Source: the human T2T-CHM13v2.0 reference genome, Homo sapiens. Taken from it: a stretch of 64,000 nucleotides of DNA. Shown here piece after piece: positions 44,531 to 59,940 of the stretch. Each line of letters opens with the position of its first letter. The stretch's first letter is position 1. The stretch is taken from NCBI RefSeq assembly GCF_009914755.1, contig NC_060930.1; one strand, 5' to 3'. A program made the position numbers and the translations under genes. The notes under the pieces were generated by a model. The model was not told the origin of the DNA and did not search any database. It worked only from the letters and a program-made list of their open reading frames with translations.

Positions 44531-45319
44531 ATTGGCTGGGACAAACTGAACAGGGCTCCGTACCATGTGATTCCTCTATGTTTTTTGGCTAACTCATGCT
44601 TGGGTCTAGACTGAAAGTGTGTACAGTCCCTAACTAAAAATGCAAACAAAGACTTAAAACGGTATGTTACATAAACAGTAAGTTGGCTAAAATAGTTGGG
44701 ATTATTTAAAAGCCTCTGAGAGACTGTTGTTTCTTTCATGCTTTATCTACAGAGATTCTTAAAACAGGAGGAATGTCTGCTGCTGGTTGTGGTAGTTTCT
44801 GTATCATCATCCTCAAAACAGATTTCGCTGCCCTGCGATGGGATTCAGACATTTCCAAAATATAAGCCCGCCTCCAGGGAAGTCACTGTGAGAGCAGATG
44901 TGTACAAAAGAACAATACAAGGTAGCATGGGATGAGATGTCAATAGAGTAACAATTCCAGATAGCACTTCCTGTTAAATGCTGGATACACATTCCAGAAA
45001 TTCAAGGGAGGTAGTCATTGTGGCTTGGGGTACTTTACCTAGCAGTTTGATTTCCTTATGGTGGGCCCTTTCCCCAAAGCAGTTTTCTTTTTCTTTATTA
45101 AACCTCATAAGTTAGTTTTAGGAAGTTTTAGTAATGGTAGTAGGGAGACAGAGGGACATAGTCAAGTGGTCATTGCAGTGTACAGTACAACCACTAAAAA
45201 CTCCTCTGCAGTGACACAGTATCTGAAGCTTGTCTGCAGCATTTCTGATTGTATGTATGTGCCTGACCTTCTTCCAAAGTATTTGCTGGGACTTTCAATA
45301 AATAATAATACACATTATT

Positions 45320-45620
<301 letters not shown>

Positions 45621-45664
45621 TTATTTAAAATAATAAACAGCAACAAAAAGATGAGTCATAGATA

Positions 45665-46005
45665 CCGGGCATGCTTTCACCTCAGGGCTTTTGTACTTGG
45701 TTTTCCCTGTTCCAGGAAGGTTCCCTCCATGGCCCTCTTATCTGCTCACTGCACTCCTTTTCAGGGCTATATTCAAATGTCATGCCCTGTGACTTTCACT
45801 GACCACCCTTTTAAAAATTGAGCCTCACCCCACGCTCTCTCTCTTTTTTCCTGCTTTTTATTTTCTCCATAGCACTAACATACTCTGTCTTACACTTAAG
45901 TAATTAAGTCAAGACAGAAGTTTTCACATTATTTGTACAGGTCTGTATCTTTAGCATCTACAGCGTTGTCTGGTATATAACAGATGGGCAACTAAAACCT
46001 ACTGA
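45665..46005 (+). mobile_element. L2 remnant
   Basis: cacctcagggcttttgtacttgg...ttctccatagcact...gtctggtatataacagatg. Confidence 0.65.
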
Positions 46006-47804
46006 ATTTTTGAAAGGCCTGAGATTGCCCCAGAAACCAAGGCTAGGAAGTGGTGTTCTGCATTGGCACTAAATTCTATTCTGAGCTTCTTGATACTTAA
46101 GACAAAAGACAAAGGGCTTAAAGCGGACAAAAGTAACAGGTTTGCTAAGTTGGTTATTAAACTTAGAATTTAAGAGCTTAGATAAACTTTGAGCTTATAC
46201 ATAAAATAGCCTTTTTTAGTTGGTTAAAAATACAGGATTGTGGTTGTAATATTTTTGATCTGTGTCAATTCTATGGTCCCTCTACTCAAAGGTTGTGTTT
46301 CTCTGTCACTTAACCTCTCTATGCCTTAATTTCCTCATCAATGAAATGTAATTGCAGACAACCTGTAATAACCCACCAGTTCCAAAGCAAAACAAAGTCA
46401 AACTGCATGGTTATTTTGTTGCCCTACTGAACCACATCAAAAGGGCATAGTGAGTGCTTTCTTTCTCATCTTAAAAGGTCTCTTAGGTTTGACAGAAGCA
46501 AATGTGTCAAGCCTAAACTTTCAGGGTTCTTAAGACCTTTTGAAAAAAATGATGTATTGAGATAAAGAGTTATTAGTGACTTTTTTCCACCATTTCTTTT
46601 AGTTTGTGCCACATAGTGCATTATTTAACATCATTTAAGAAAATAAAAGAGTCCCTATTAAACATTTTATGCCAACATTAAATTGCATATTAAATGTGAG
46701 TTGGACTATTGCCTGGTTAACTGAATATTTTTGTAAAAGGAGATGCACAGTTCTTTGAAAGAAGATGTCAACTTGGAAGATAGGAATATGGATTTTTAGA
46801 CAGTATGTTTTCAGCAGTGCCATGGACTAATCTGTGACAAAGGCCAATTGGTAGGTGTCATCAATATTTCAATATAGACATAGCAAATTAGATGGTGACT
46901 TAAATACCTCTATGCTCTGTATAAAATTATAGTTTTGTTTTTCAAAACATAGTTCTTCTCCAGTTATTGCCATGACTGTGGCTAGGCAGCCCATCTTAGT
47001 GGAATAACTTTACAGTGCAGTAGCTGCCATCCAGTTTCTGATCGCCACGGTGAAGAGGTGAGCTGACAGATTATGAATCTTTAGCACCACAGTATATGTT
47101 GATTTAGAGCTCTAAATCCAAGGCAGAGATAGTTATATTATTCATATTATATTGCTCGTGTACATAAATCTGGAACATTCATTTCAGAAGTACATTTCCC
47201 AGTGACCTGTGTATGCGTGTGTGAATATGGCTAAAGTACGTAGTCCCAGGGATGTCTGCAATATCCTGCACATCCCTTAACCCTCCTAAGTATTGGCCTT
47301 CTCAGCTGACTTGGCCTTTACCACATTTTCCTAGGAGGAAATATTATCTGTTGCCTTCTTTGTTTCACAGAATGGTACTATGTTCATTTCAGAAATCTTC
47401 CACCAATATTTTTCTTTTATGATTTGGTTTAGACAGAAAAATCTGTCATAAATATGAAATATTAATATTTAGTACTTTAGATGAAGAAAGGAAGAGACAT
47501 GAGGATGCCAAAGGGGCTTGCTGAAGGTGACAGCTGTTGTGGATTCCACCACTCTGCCTAAAAGTGCTAGAGATTGGCAGATGCATATAACTTGGAATGT
47601 ATACACCTGTCCAATGAGTATTAATAGATACAAGCAACACATTTCTTCTACAGATTGTGAACAAAACAGCTGCTAGATGATAAAGTCCTAAAATGACTGT
47701 CTACTGTAGTCACCCTAGAGTCAGTGACCCAGAGGTGAAAGCTTATATATCCTATTATTAAATTATGAGTCATCCAAATCTTCATGGGTAAAAGTGTAAC
47801 ATAA

Positions 47805-48109
<305 letters not shown>

Positions 48110-48361
48110 CCATAAATTCATTTCTTTTAAACCTTAAAGCACCCTGCATATTTTTGGAAACCATTGTGTTCAGTGTTGAGTTTGAATGCAGTTGTCTTCA
48201 CACAGGTGAATTTATAGAACCTGTCATGCCCGGTGTGGTTTTGGTAGTCCTGAAAATGTGAAGAATAATATGAGACTGAAATCTGTTTTGAGGTCACTCT
48301 AAAAATTTGAAAAGTGGGAATTAAGGCATATTTAAACTTATCCTTCTGTGTGCAAAATGTA

Positions 48362-48390
48362 TGTGTGTGTGTGTGTGCGTGCGTGTGTGT
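48362..48390. repeat. (TG)n/(TGCG)n microsatellite
   Basis: Direct reading. Confidence 0.85.
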
Positions 48391-49659
48391 CTGGGGGTGC
48401 AGTAACATTTGCTTTCATGCCTTACTCATTCCATTATTTTCCTCCACTCTCTACATCATTTCTCTTTAATAATTTTTCTTTTTTCTTTTCCTTGTTCTTT
48501 TACTTTTTGAAATCTGATTTTAATTGGCATTTGATTTCTCTAGAGGAATCCTCTGTCAAGTGCTAAGCCCTGGGGCCAGCAGGACTTTTTCCGAGGCATG
48601 CTGCATGGGTATTTCCTGTCCCTTCCAGCTGTCTGGAGATGAGGCTACATAGAGAAACCTTGCATTGAGTTCCACTGCCTAAAATATCTCAAATAACATT
48701 ACAAGTACTGCTGACCTAAGGCATCAGCTGATACCTTTAGAGTGTGATTTTTCCCTCCTAGAGCTTTTATACCTGAAGGCTCTTCCTTAACTCCTGATAC
48801 AAAAGACATAAAAAAGAGATCATTAGAATTTAAACCCTCAGCTTTTTATTAAGGGTTTGTGATGGACAAAGTAGGCATACCTGAGCGGTAATTTCTTATA
48901 ATTATTCATTTATCAGTGCACTATTTGTGCATTTAACAAACATTTATTGGGGTACCTGTATGATAAGCACCATGAGATACTCTATAAATGTATTAAATGT
49001 CCTAAAGGAACCATCTTATAGCCTTGTTGGCAGTATTTTCCCCAGCTTTATCTGATGGCATAAATAAGCTTTTTTTTAAAAAAGTTACTAGACAGCTATG
49101 GATCTGCTTTCTCTCTGGGAGATTTTTATTAAGCCAGTTCTGGGACACCAGCTAACTTTTTATTAATCTCATTTACTATTCCTTCTGTTATGTTTAATCC
49201 AAAGTTATAAATCTATTACTTATTTCTTAATATAAATATTTCTCAGCTATGTTTGATTGCTGGAAATATATTAGTAAATACAAAGATATACATATTTTGT
49301 TCATTTCAAAATATTTTCTGCCTTTATATAAAGAAAACACAATTTTGCTCAGTTTGTTTTGGATCATTCATGACATACTTAAAAATGTTTATTTTTTTCA
49401 AATTCAGTTTGTCAGAAGGGTTTTACATTATAAGCAAAATGAACCTTCCCAAATTGAATTTTTGCTTTAAAAATTCAATGTGTATGGGAGAATGACTTCT
49501 AGTTTATATCGTTCTCTATCAACTTTATCACTACTATTTGCCCCACCAATTTTGGGATAACTGCACTTGAATTTGCAAGTTTTTACAAATAGTAAGAAAG
49601 ACCATTTATTGGACATCTATCTTGTAAACATTCTTACATGTATTTTTATTTAATTCTAA

Positions 49660-51050
49660 TTTACTTATGTATTAAATACTTATTACATACAAGGCACTGT
49701 TTTAGGCTCTGGGGATACAAGAGACTAAAACATTTAAAGCTCCTGACTTCATGGAATTATATGCTAGGCTGTGGAAATGGAAAATGAGATAAGTAAATTA
49801 TTTAGCTTATTAGAAGATAATAAGGGCAATGGAGAAGGAGAAATAAGGGAAGAGTGATACTGGGGAGGGATTTTCCTTGATAAATCTATAGTTTTGGGGG
49901 GGTTGTCATGGAGGATATGTTTTACGAAGGGATTTTTGAGAAGAGATCTTCATGATGCCAATGAAGGAACAAACCATGAGGATATCTAATAGAATAATAA
50001 GGTGTAAAGTTCCAAAGATAGAAGCATACGTGTGAGTTTCCAGGAATCGCAAGGAGATCTGTGAGGCTGAAGCATAGAGAATGAAGTGGGTAGTGCTAAA
50101 AAGAAGACAGCAGGAGGAGTGGGGAAAGCTGGTCGGGCAGGGATTAAGCCCATCAGGTATCTTCATTTCCCTAAAGTAAAATGTTGTAAGAAGATACTGA
50201 GCAACAGACTAACCAGATATGCCTTTCCCTTTAAAAGAGATTACTCCATCTCTTTGTGGAAAATATACTGTAGGAGTCAAGAGTGGAAGTAAAAAGATCA
50301 GTTAGAAGACTATGGAATAAATCAAAGGAGAGACAATACAGTTCAGACTAGAGTGATACAGGCGAACGCAGTTTGAACTGGTTGAATTTGGAATATATTG
50401 TGAAGTTAGAACTGACAGAATGCCAATGATTGCACATGGGATGAGAGAAAAAGAGTCAAGCATGAGTCAGGTTCTGAGCTCAAGCAATTAGAAAACTGGG
50501 GTTGCCGTTTAATAAGATGAGGAATAGTGTAGGAGGACTAGGTTTAGGGAGAATGAGAAATTTGATGTGCCTTTTAGACATTCATGAAGGGATGTTGAGT
50601 AGGCAGTTGGCGTCTGGCATTCAGAAGAGAGATCTGAGCAGAAGATATAAATTTGAACGTGGATGGCATATAGATGGTATTTAAAGCTATTAGACTGGAT
50701 GAAGTCACCTGTGGAGGGAGTGTCAGTAGCTAGAGAAGAAGGATTGGAGACTGAGTCCGAGCATACCAATGTTCACAAATATGGAGTCTGGGACATCAGA
50801 AAGAAGAAGCAAAGAGTCTAAAAGGGAGTGGGCTAATTCGGCAAGAAGAGTACTGAGAGTACTTACCCAGAAGCCAAAGACAGTGTTTTAAAAGGGATAA
50901 TCACATGTGTCTAATGCTTCTGATAGTTCCAGCAGGATGAGGTTTGAAATTGACCATCAGATTTCCCAACAAGGAGTTTATTGGTAACTGTGAGCAGTGC
51001 TGTTTTCATTGGCAGCCATGGGATGGTTTTCAGGTTAGAGTGGGTTCAAA
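49660..51050 (-). mobile_element. L2 (long fragment)
   Basis: tattaaatacttattacatacaaggcactgttttaggctctggggataca; gttgagtaggcagttgg; agatggtatttaaagc. Confidence 0.8.
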
Positions 51051-51475
51051 AGAACAGGAACAATTCTGTTTTTGTACTGCAGGTAGTAGAATGTTATATG
51101 AGGGAACTCGAGGTTAGAGAGATTAAATAACTTGCCCAAAATCTCAAAGCAAGGGAATGGCAAAGGTGGAAGTGAAATTCAGATGTTTGGCTCTAAAACC
51201 TATGGCTTTTGTACATTCTTTAAATTGATTATTTCATTTATAAGGTAAACTTATATTTTTCTTTTTCTTTTAAGTTGATACATATATTGTACAAAAAGCA
51301 CAAGTCTTCCAATCCAAGAAGGAGAAGACACTTAATTACATGTTTTGAGGAAGCGAAAGGCTGCCACTCAAACTTAGGTCTAGAGATTACAGCCAAACTC
51401 AGCCTCATCTACTTGTAAGGAAATCAAGAGGAATTTGGCTTAGGAAAGCTATGATTTGATTTGATTTACTGTTAA

Positions 51476-51781
<306 letters not shown>

Positions 51782-51809
51782 GATTTACTGTTAAGTTTTA
51801 ATGGCAACA

Positions 51810-53585
51810 TACTCTCCTGTTTTCTTCCTAAGTTTCTGGTCATTCCTTTTGTCAGAACTTTCTTGTATTTTACCATCTCTTAATGTTGGTGTCTGTGTAG
51901 TCCTGAGCTAAACCTCTTCTCTTCTCACTTTGTATACTGTTAGTGGGGCCATCTTACCCACTCTCATGGTTTCAAGTAACACCTACCTGTTGTTGATTCC
52001 CAAATCTTTATCTGTATCCCCAGTCAAGTGTCATATAGCCATCTCTCTCCTGAACAATTGTAGTGGATGTCCCATACATAGCCACCTTAAACTTAACTTC
52101 TCAAAACTAAATCCCCCTTTCCTCCCCTTGTTTGCCACATGCTCAAAGCCTTGCTTCTTTTTTGAGATTCCCTGTTTCCATTCATTGTACTCAGGTCAGA
52201 AACCTGGGGGGTCATCATTGAGCTATTCTTCTCCCTTATCTCCCACATCTAATTAATCACCAGGTCCTTTCAATTCTTCATCTTTAAAATATATCTGTAT
52301 TCTTCTCTACTGATTCTATTTCTGCTGTCATTTCCCTCTCTCAGGCCTCTACCATTTCTCTCCTGGATTCTTACAAGAGCTTCCTACTTGGTCCCAGTGA
52401 TGCTCTCTTGGCTCTCTCCAACTTACTCTCCACACATATGCCAGAGGGTTCTTTATAAAATGCTGGACCAGTCTTGGCACTCTCCTTCTTAGCCTTTCAA
52501 CACCTGCTTCTTGCTAATAGATTAGAATTTAAACTTTATAACGGTATCTCATGTCCCTGTGCATTCTGACTCCTGTGTGTCCGTCTGAGCTTTCTTTCTC
52601 AACTGTCCCACTACACCTATAGAGATATTAAATTTTTTTCTTCTTTGAATGCTCCGTGACTCTGAATTATGAGCCTTTACCTTTAGTGATATGAAGTTCT
52701 GTCTTAGGGGAATCCTCTTTCTTTCCTTGCTGCCCTAACTCTCTTTGCCCCATTCACACCCATTCTTCTAGTTCAGCTTAGACATTCTTCTGGGAGAATC
52801 TTCTTGACCCCCTATATCTAGATTAAGCATCCTTCCTATATTCTTTGATAACCCTCTTTACTTAAGGTTATCAAACTATATAGGAATCTTCTATACAATT
52901 ATTCTTGTTTCACTGTATTTAAATTGTCTGTTTCCTGCTCTGTGCTTCCATTAGACTACAAAGCTTGATGCATGTAAAGACATTATTAATCTGTTTTTTA
53001 CTAATTTCCTAACACTTTGTGTGTTATATATACTCTATAAGTAGAGTGGATGTTTAAGTTTATTCCACAAATAATTAATACAGTAGGAGCTAATATCGTC
53101 AATATGTAAACTATTTGAATAGATAGGCAAAGTGATATTTTTAAATGAAAATTTCAGTATTTCATTTTCTTGTTTAAAAACCTGTAAGACCTCCTCATTG
53201 CTTCACATAGAGATCCCAGCTCATAACACTGTGGATAAGATTTGGCCTCTGCATCCTCTTCAGTCCCTTCTTCTATCACTCCAGCTCTCCTCCTTCAAGC
53301 CATAGAGTGTTCTTCTCATGGTTAATTTCGCTTCACTGACTCAGTCTTCCTTATATCACCACCTGAGTTAGTCCTGCTGTTAAGGTTCTTAGAGTCCTTT
53401 TCACTCTGCCACCACTGTATTTACCTCTTTTTATTAATTATATGGTATGTGATAATTTGATGTTTATTACCTTGGTTCTCCCCCATTATTCTTTGAGCTA
53501 CTTTCATAACTAGCACCTGGCACAAAGCCCAGAAGAGAATAGGTGCTCAATAAATATTTGTTAAAGCCTGAATGAATGATTGAAA
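51810..53585 (+). mobile_element. L2 fragments
   Basis: ccttaaacttaacttctcaaaactaaa; ggcctctaccatttctctcctggatt; 3' end cctggcaca...taggtgctcaataaatatttgtt...tgaatgaatga. Confidence 0.75.
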
Positions 53586-53668
53586 ATAAATTATAATATG
53601 TTTGCTATAAAAAGTAAGGTAACTATTTGAATCGGAACTTTTGACATCTTATTCCACAATTCATTTAT

Positions 53669-53721
53669 TTAGATTGGTGCAAAAGTAATGGCAGAAACCC
53701 CAATGACTTGCATCAATCCAG
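53669..53721. mobile_element. MADE1 (Hsmar1-derived MITE), internally deleted
   Basis: ttagattggtgcaaaagtaatggcagaaaccccaatgacttgcatcaatcca resembles the mariner TIR pair. Confidence 0.7.
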
Positions 53722-53797
53722 TGAACTACTGTGGCCTGAGTCTTTATGCTAGCATCCCATCTATCACTGAGGTGTGTCTTCTTTAATTACAATACCT

Positions 53798-54278
53798 GTT
53801 CTGGTTACTGTCTCCTGTTTAACAGATTCTTCCAGAACCTAGGAACATAAAAAAAAAGAACGATTTTATTTTGATGATGACATTGTGGGTCAGGAATTTG
53901 GGAAGGCCTCAGCCAGTCAGTTCACTTTCGGGGTTTCTCATTTGGTTGTAGTCAGATGTCAGGTCACTCACTTGGCTGGCAGCTGATGCCGGCCGTTGTC
54001 AGTGAGCTCAGCTATGGCTGTCTACCGAGTGCCCCCACATGGCCTTGACAACATGGCAGTCTCAGAGCTTCTTATTTGCAGGCTGGCCTCCCCCGGAGCC
54101 AGCATCCCAAGGGATGTGGAAGCTGCATGACATTTTCTGCCCTAAGTTTGGAAGGCCCTCAGCATAACTTTGGTGAGGCAGTCATAAGCCTGCCCAGATT
54201 CAAGGGGAAGGGACATTGACCTCAACTTATTTTGGGCAAGTGTCAGAGAATTTGGGGCCATATTTTAAAACCTCCACT
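53798..54278 (-). mobile_element. MLT1 (G/H/F-like) MaLR solo LTR
   Basis: tgtgggtcaggaatttgggaagg...cagattcaaggggaaggga...ggccatattttaaaacc. Confidence 0.75.
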
Positions 54279-55458
54279 ACTTAAGAGAAAAATCAAGAAT
54301 GTGGTGAATTAGCTTTCGAGCCTGAATTTTAATTTTTTTAAAAAATTTTGTCTTTTCAATCATTTAATTAAATATTTCCAATTCATATCATTCTATTGGT
54401 AAATAACTTTGGTGGTGTGTTTTTTGTGCTTTATCTTTAAATAATTTAATAATACAGATTCATGTAGTTTTAAAGAAAACTTAGTGAAAGCTATTATCTT
54501 ATAAAATTAAATATTTTAGGTAGTTCCACTGTAATTGAAATACGTCAAGGTGTCAGGGTCAGCTTCCAATAATTCTGATTAACAACACTTAATATTATTC
54601 TGTATAGCATAATTTCCTTTCCATTAGAGTATATCAAAATTACAGCTTCAGCTGTAGTTAAAATATTTGAAAAACTTAGGAATATCTTTGTTAATGAAAG
54701 GAGTTCATGTAACAGATTATTTTTGTAGTCTAGATATATTCTGTATAGAAATAGTGTTGTATCTAATGACACTGCAGAATTAACCATCCTGGTCAATCTT
54801 TGTGAAATTGGCCTACAGTTTGTTTGTGGTATTCTAGTTTGTGTGGGTGATGTTATCGTGTGATTCGTATCTTCTTGAATAGATAGCTGTTTATGTTTCC
54901 AGAAGCATAGATGTTGTCCTCGAGTTTCTTCCTGTTAGAGATCTGTATTCCCTGGAACAGAAGAGGCATATTGCTTTTATTATGTTTGCCCCACTCCACC
55001 TTTGCCCCCTGGCTCAGGTAACTAAATTCTGGGCTTTTTCATTCATGTGAATGACTAATCCCTTTTTAAATCTTTCTAAGCTATTTGCCTCAATAATATT
55101 CTCTACTGTAAGATTCAAAAGCTAATTATAGGCTACCTGGCAAATTGCTTCCCTTTTTGTGGTATTGATTCTTGCTTTATTTACTCACATGATTATTGGC
55201 CACACTCAGTATTCATGAAACTCATGAGCTCTGAGTTGTATGTGGCAAGTTTAATCACCACAGCTTTTCCCCCGGTTGCTTAACAATTTAAAACAGCAGG
55301 AAAAATGAAACAATTGCTTGTAAGCCATTTTTCCTAATGTTTAGAGTTTAGCGTATTATTAATTTATGTTCGTCTAAGTAGAGCTATTGGGTGAAATCAC
55401 AGGTGACTCTGATATGGCCAGATTGTAGCCCATCTTTTTGAAAGTAATTAATTAATGA

Positions 55459-55785
<327 letters not shown>

Positions 55786-56227
55786 TAACCAAAGTGGGAA
55801 AAGTGACTTTGATTCTCTTGCCAGAGATGCTCTTGGTGGAAAACAATAGGGGCAATCCCAAAATTCTCATTTAATCCTACTTTTAACTAGTTTTACTCTT
55901 AACTTCAGTGTTTTAATTTTCCTGTTATCATTTTTCCACCTCAAGATTTTTAAAAAATATTTTTCCTATGTTATCATTTTTCTTCCTCAAGATATTTTTT
56001 AAAACAAACACTTTGAAAACAATAGGCTCCTAAAATTAAAGAAAGAAGTATATTCCATGTGTCTTCAAGTGTTGGTGCTTTATGTTAAACTTATATGGTA
56101 TATGTGTATGTGTGTATATATGTATACATAGACATATGTATACATACTGTTTGTCAAGTTCTCATGGTTATTTTTGTGTCACAAGGGGAATATTTGTTGA
56201 TCTTAATTTTTACAAATCTAAGCCTAG

Positions 56228-56832
<605 letters not shown>

Positions 56833-57049
56833 TCAGGTGTAGCTTAAATCAACCAGAATAGATAACCCTTGGGTTTACCTTTCTTTTGTTCTTAGTTTTT
56901 ATTATATCACCTTTTGACTCATGGAGGCTTTTCCTTCGAGATGAAGGGAAAGCTTAGAAGGAATGCTAAGCAGGAAAACCCTGAAAGGATAGTAATTTTT
57001 TCCTGATACTTTGCTCGTTTTTTTGTTTGTTCTCAAGATTTGTTAAAAC

Positions 57050-57610
57050 AAACTGTTCATACATGCTTTTCTCTTTAAAATCACTAGTATATCTACAAAC
57101 TAAAAACTTGGAATCAGAATTTTCCATCCTACTTAAAAATCATCCAAATGAAGAGCTTCAGAGGGAGTTATTAACTCTTTTTAAAAATAATATAAAACAT
57201 TAACACTTTCTGACTAGTTGCCAGATTAACATCAGGGAAAGTACAAATGTACTAGCTGAATTTCAGCCACAACCTTTGCATACTTGACAGATGAGACACC
57301 AAAGTAAGTATAATGATTTAGAAAGCACAAGCAACAGTGCATACTTGTGCATCTCTTTGCCTGTATGAGGTGTCTTTTCAGTTACAATAATTGTTAAAAC
57401 AAAGTATTAAAATAAATTGAACATGGACCTTTGAAGCTTAGGATCACTAAATGCTGAACAAAGATTATAAAATAATGAAGCCAGTTCTAAAACAATGCTT
57501 TCACAATTACTGGTGTCAGCAAAATGTTTTATATCATTAATTCATGTATTAAAATTAAGATGCTGAAAAAATCATGGGAGCATTTAGATTGCTCTGTTCT
57601 AATATGCTTT
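57050..57610. mobile_element. Possible Charlie/hAT transposon remnant
   Basis: ctgtatgaggtgtcttttcag...aaaacaaagtattaaaataaattgaa resembles decayed hAT dimerisation-domain coding sequence. Confidence 0.4.
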
Positions 57611-58232
57611 TGGCTTATTACAATCTAAATGGATTTGACAGAGCTCTGTTGGTTTGCTTAGGGTGGTAAGGAGGTCAAGGTCAAGCAGGCAGTCTCCTCA
57701 CAGCCTCATTAACAACATGCTGACCTGTGGCCATAAATTACCCTTAACCGTGCACAGTCATATCATAAAGTGTCTGCTTCTGGTCATAAGACTGTGACTG
57801 AGACAAGATGGAGGAATTACTGTTAATCTCATCACCTCTTCTGAAAAAACAAATTGAAGCACATGTTCAGGTTATTAGGGAGTTGCAGAGATTTTACATA
57901 GAGAAATCTTTTCTTCCACTGGCTAAGACTTTCCTTCTTTTTACTGTGGTCAAACCTTGGTAGATCTGTTCTCTAGTATACAGTTGGTTTAAGAAAATCA
58001 AAAGGGAGGAGAGCTGGCGTATTCTTATTCTGTTAAAGATAAAATGATACAAACATTAAAAAAATACTGAGCACAAAATATTTGCTTAGCACCATGCTAA
58101 TCATTATGATAAAGATAAACAATGTGTCCCTATAGAATAGTCCATGGTCCAGCTTCTTAGAAACTTTAGAGCTTTAGTAGGTTAAAATAAAGCTCTCCAG
58201 GCAAATATGGGGCCATGTATATGAATAAATTG

Positions 58233-59239
58233 TGTTACAGGATTCCTTCTGTGCTGCTTCACCAGTCAGAAATCTCTTTGGCCACTGCTGCCTCTGCCTG
58301 GACCTCGCTCAGGGACTTCTGGGCTTGCTCCACCTGCTTAGCCCGGCAGGCTGCATTCCGCTTGTGCCCCAGACCAGATCCTGTGCCCACCGTGGCTCTG
58401 CGCTCAGCCCATGGATCAACCAGGCATGCTGTGAGCGGCTTCCACCTTGGGTGCCAGCAACTAGATGAGGGGAATGCGGTGGTGCCTGATAACTCAGAGA
58501 TGCCAGCAGTCGTGGAGCCCCAAGGGGGGTTACAGTTCTCGCTTGTGGAGTCCCAAGGTCTGAGTCCCCAAGAAATGTTACAGCTCTTCAATCCCATAGC
58601 TCAGTGAGTGGGAACGTGTTACAGCTTTCTTTTTCCCATAGTCTGACAAGCGGGAGTGTGCTGCAGCTCCTTTATTCTCGTCGCCCACAGCTCAGTGGGC
58701 AGAAGGGAGGGTTACAGATCATTCATTCCTGGTGCCTGCAGCTCAGTGAATGAGAGGGTTACAGCTCATTTGTTCTCACTGCCCACAGCTTGGCAAGTCT
58801 GGGCTGTTGTCCCCTGACCAAGAGGAATAAGGTACGTGGACACATGGACACCAGAGAGTGAGTAAGGCAGAGAATAATTTTATTGAGCAACAGAAGCAAA
58901 GCTGTCAGCGGACAGGGCACCCTGAAAGCAGATCCCCTTTCTGCCTGTGTGGCTGAGTCCAAGGTTTTTATGGGCTTGGAATGGGGGAATGCAAGCTGAT
59001 TGGTCCATGGGTGGTCTTTGGAAAAAGCACCATTTGATTGGCTAACAGGTATCATCCAGAAGAAACCAATAGAGAGAGAGAGTGTAAGATGGTGATAGAA
59101 GTTCTCACTCTGGTCATTGACTCTATCCAGAGCTGGCAGTTTCGTTTTCAGGCTTCAGGCTGTCTTGGCTTGAAGGTCGGGTTTCACCAAGGACCTGACC
59201 CTGTCTGCCTACAAATTTGTCTGTCTCTTGTTATTATCA
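58233..59239 (-). mobile_element. ERV1 solo LTR (LTR27/LTR28/MER52 group)
   Basis: TG...CA ends, perfect 4-bp TSD ATTG; CCAAT boxes, CATAAAA and AATAAA on the minus strand. Confidence 0.85.
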
Positions 59240-59379
59240 ATTGTGTGATGCTGATTGTTGACTTAAGGTGTTCTAGGAAGAGAAAGCTGTCTTTGTAGGA
59301 GTAGAAAAAGTTAGAACTTGGCTATTGTCTGAAAAATGGTTGTTGCTGCACAGGGAGGGTAGGAGAAAGGAGTTAGGCG

Positions 59380-59940
59380 TGGGCAGCTCTCTAAGTGAGC
59401 AAGCATGTGGAAATAGGGTGTGCAAGTGACCATGACTGGAAAGGGGTTTAGAAAGGCAGTGTGGCAAATACAGGTAGAGAGATGAGAGCGGAATGGTGAC
59501 AGCAAGAGTCAGCAGAACAAAGATACCAGCGTGGCGCAGAGCACCAAAGGCAGAAGGACCTGAGCAAGTGTGCAAAGCCTGGGGTGGGCATAGGCATGGC
59601 ATGTTTTGAGAACTGAAGGAGGCAATGAGGTTGCAGCAGCACAGAGAGCAGAGGGGAATCTGAAAGAGATGACTTACAAAGGTAATAGGGTCAGATAGTA
59701 TAGATCCTCCATGGAAATTATACTTTATTTCAACTATGATGGTAAATCTTCGGACAGTTTGCTTGAGCTGTAACATGACAATTAGTGCTTTAAGAAGATT
59801 CTAGCTTCTGTGTGGAGAATGAATTGTGTTTAAGGGTTGAGTTGGCAAGAGTAGAAGCAGGGAAATGGGTTAGGAGGCAATTGCAGTAGTCAGAGGTGAC
59901 AGTGGTTTGCACTAGTGTACAAGTGGTGGAGATGGCTCTG
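59380..59940 (-). mobile_element. L2 remnant
   Basis: gcaagtgtgcaaagcctgggg; gagtagaagcagggaaatgggttaggaggcaattgcagtagtc. Confidence 0.7.

Noticed and set aside
58577-58797. Spaced repeats resembling a CRISPR-like array
   Set aside because: Degenerate tandem units inside a mammalian LTR; no constant repeat with unique spacers and no cas genes.
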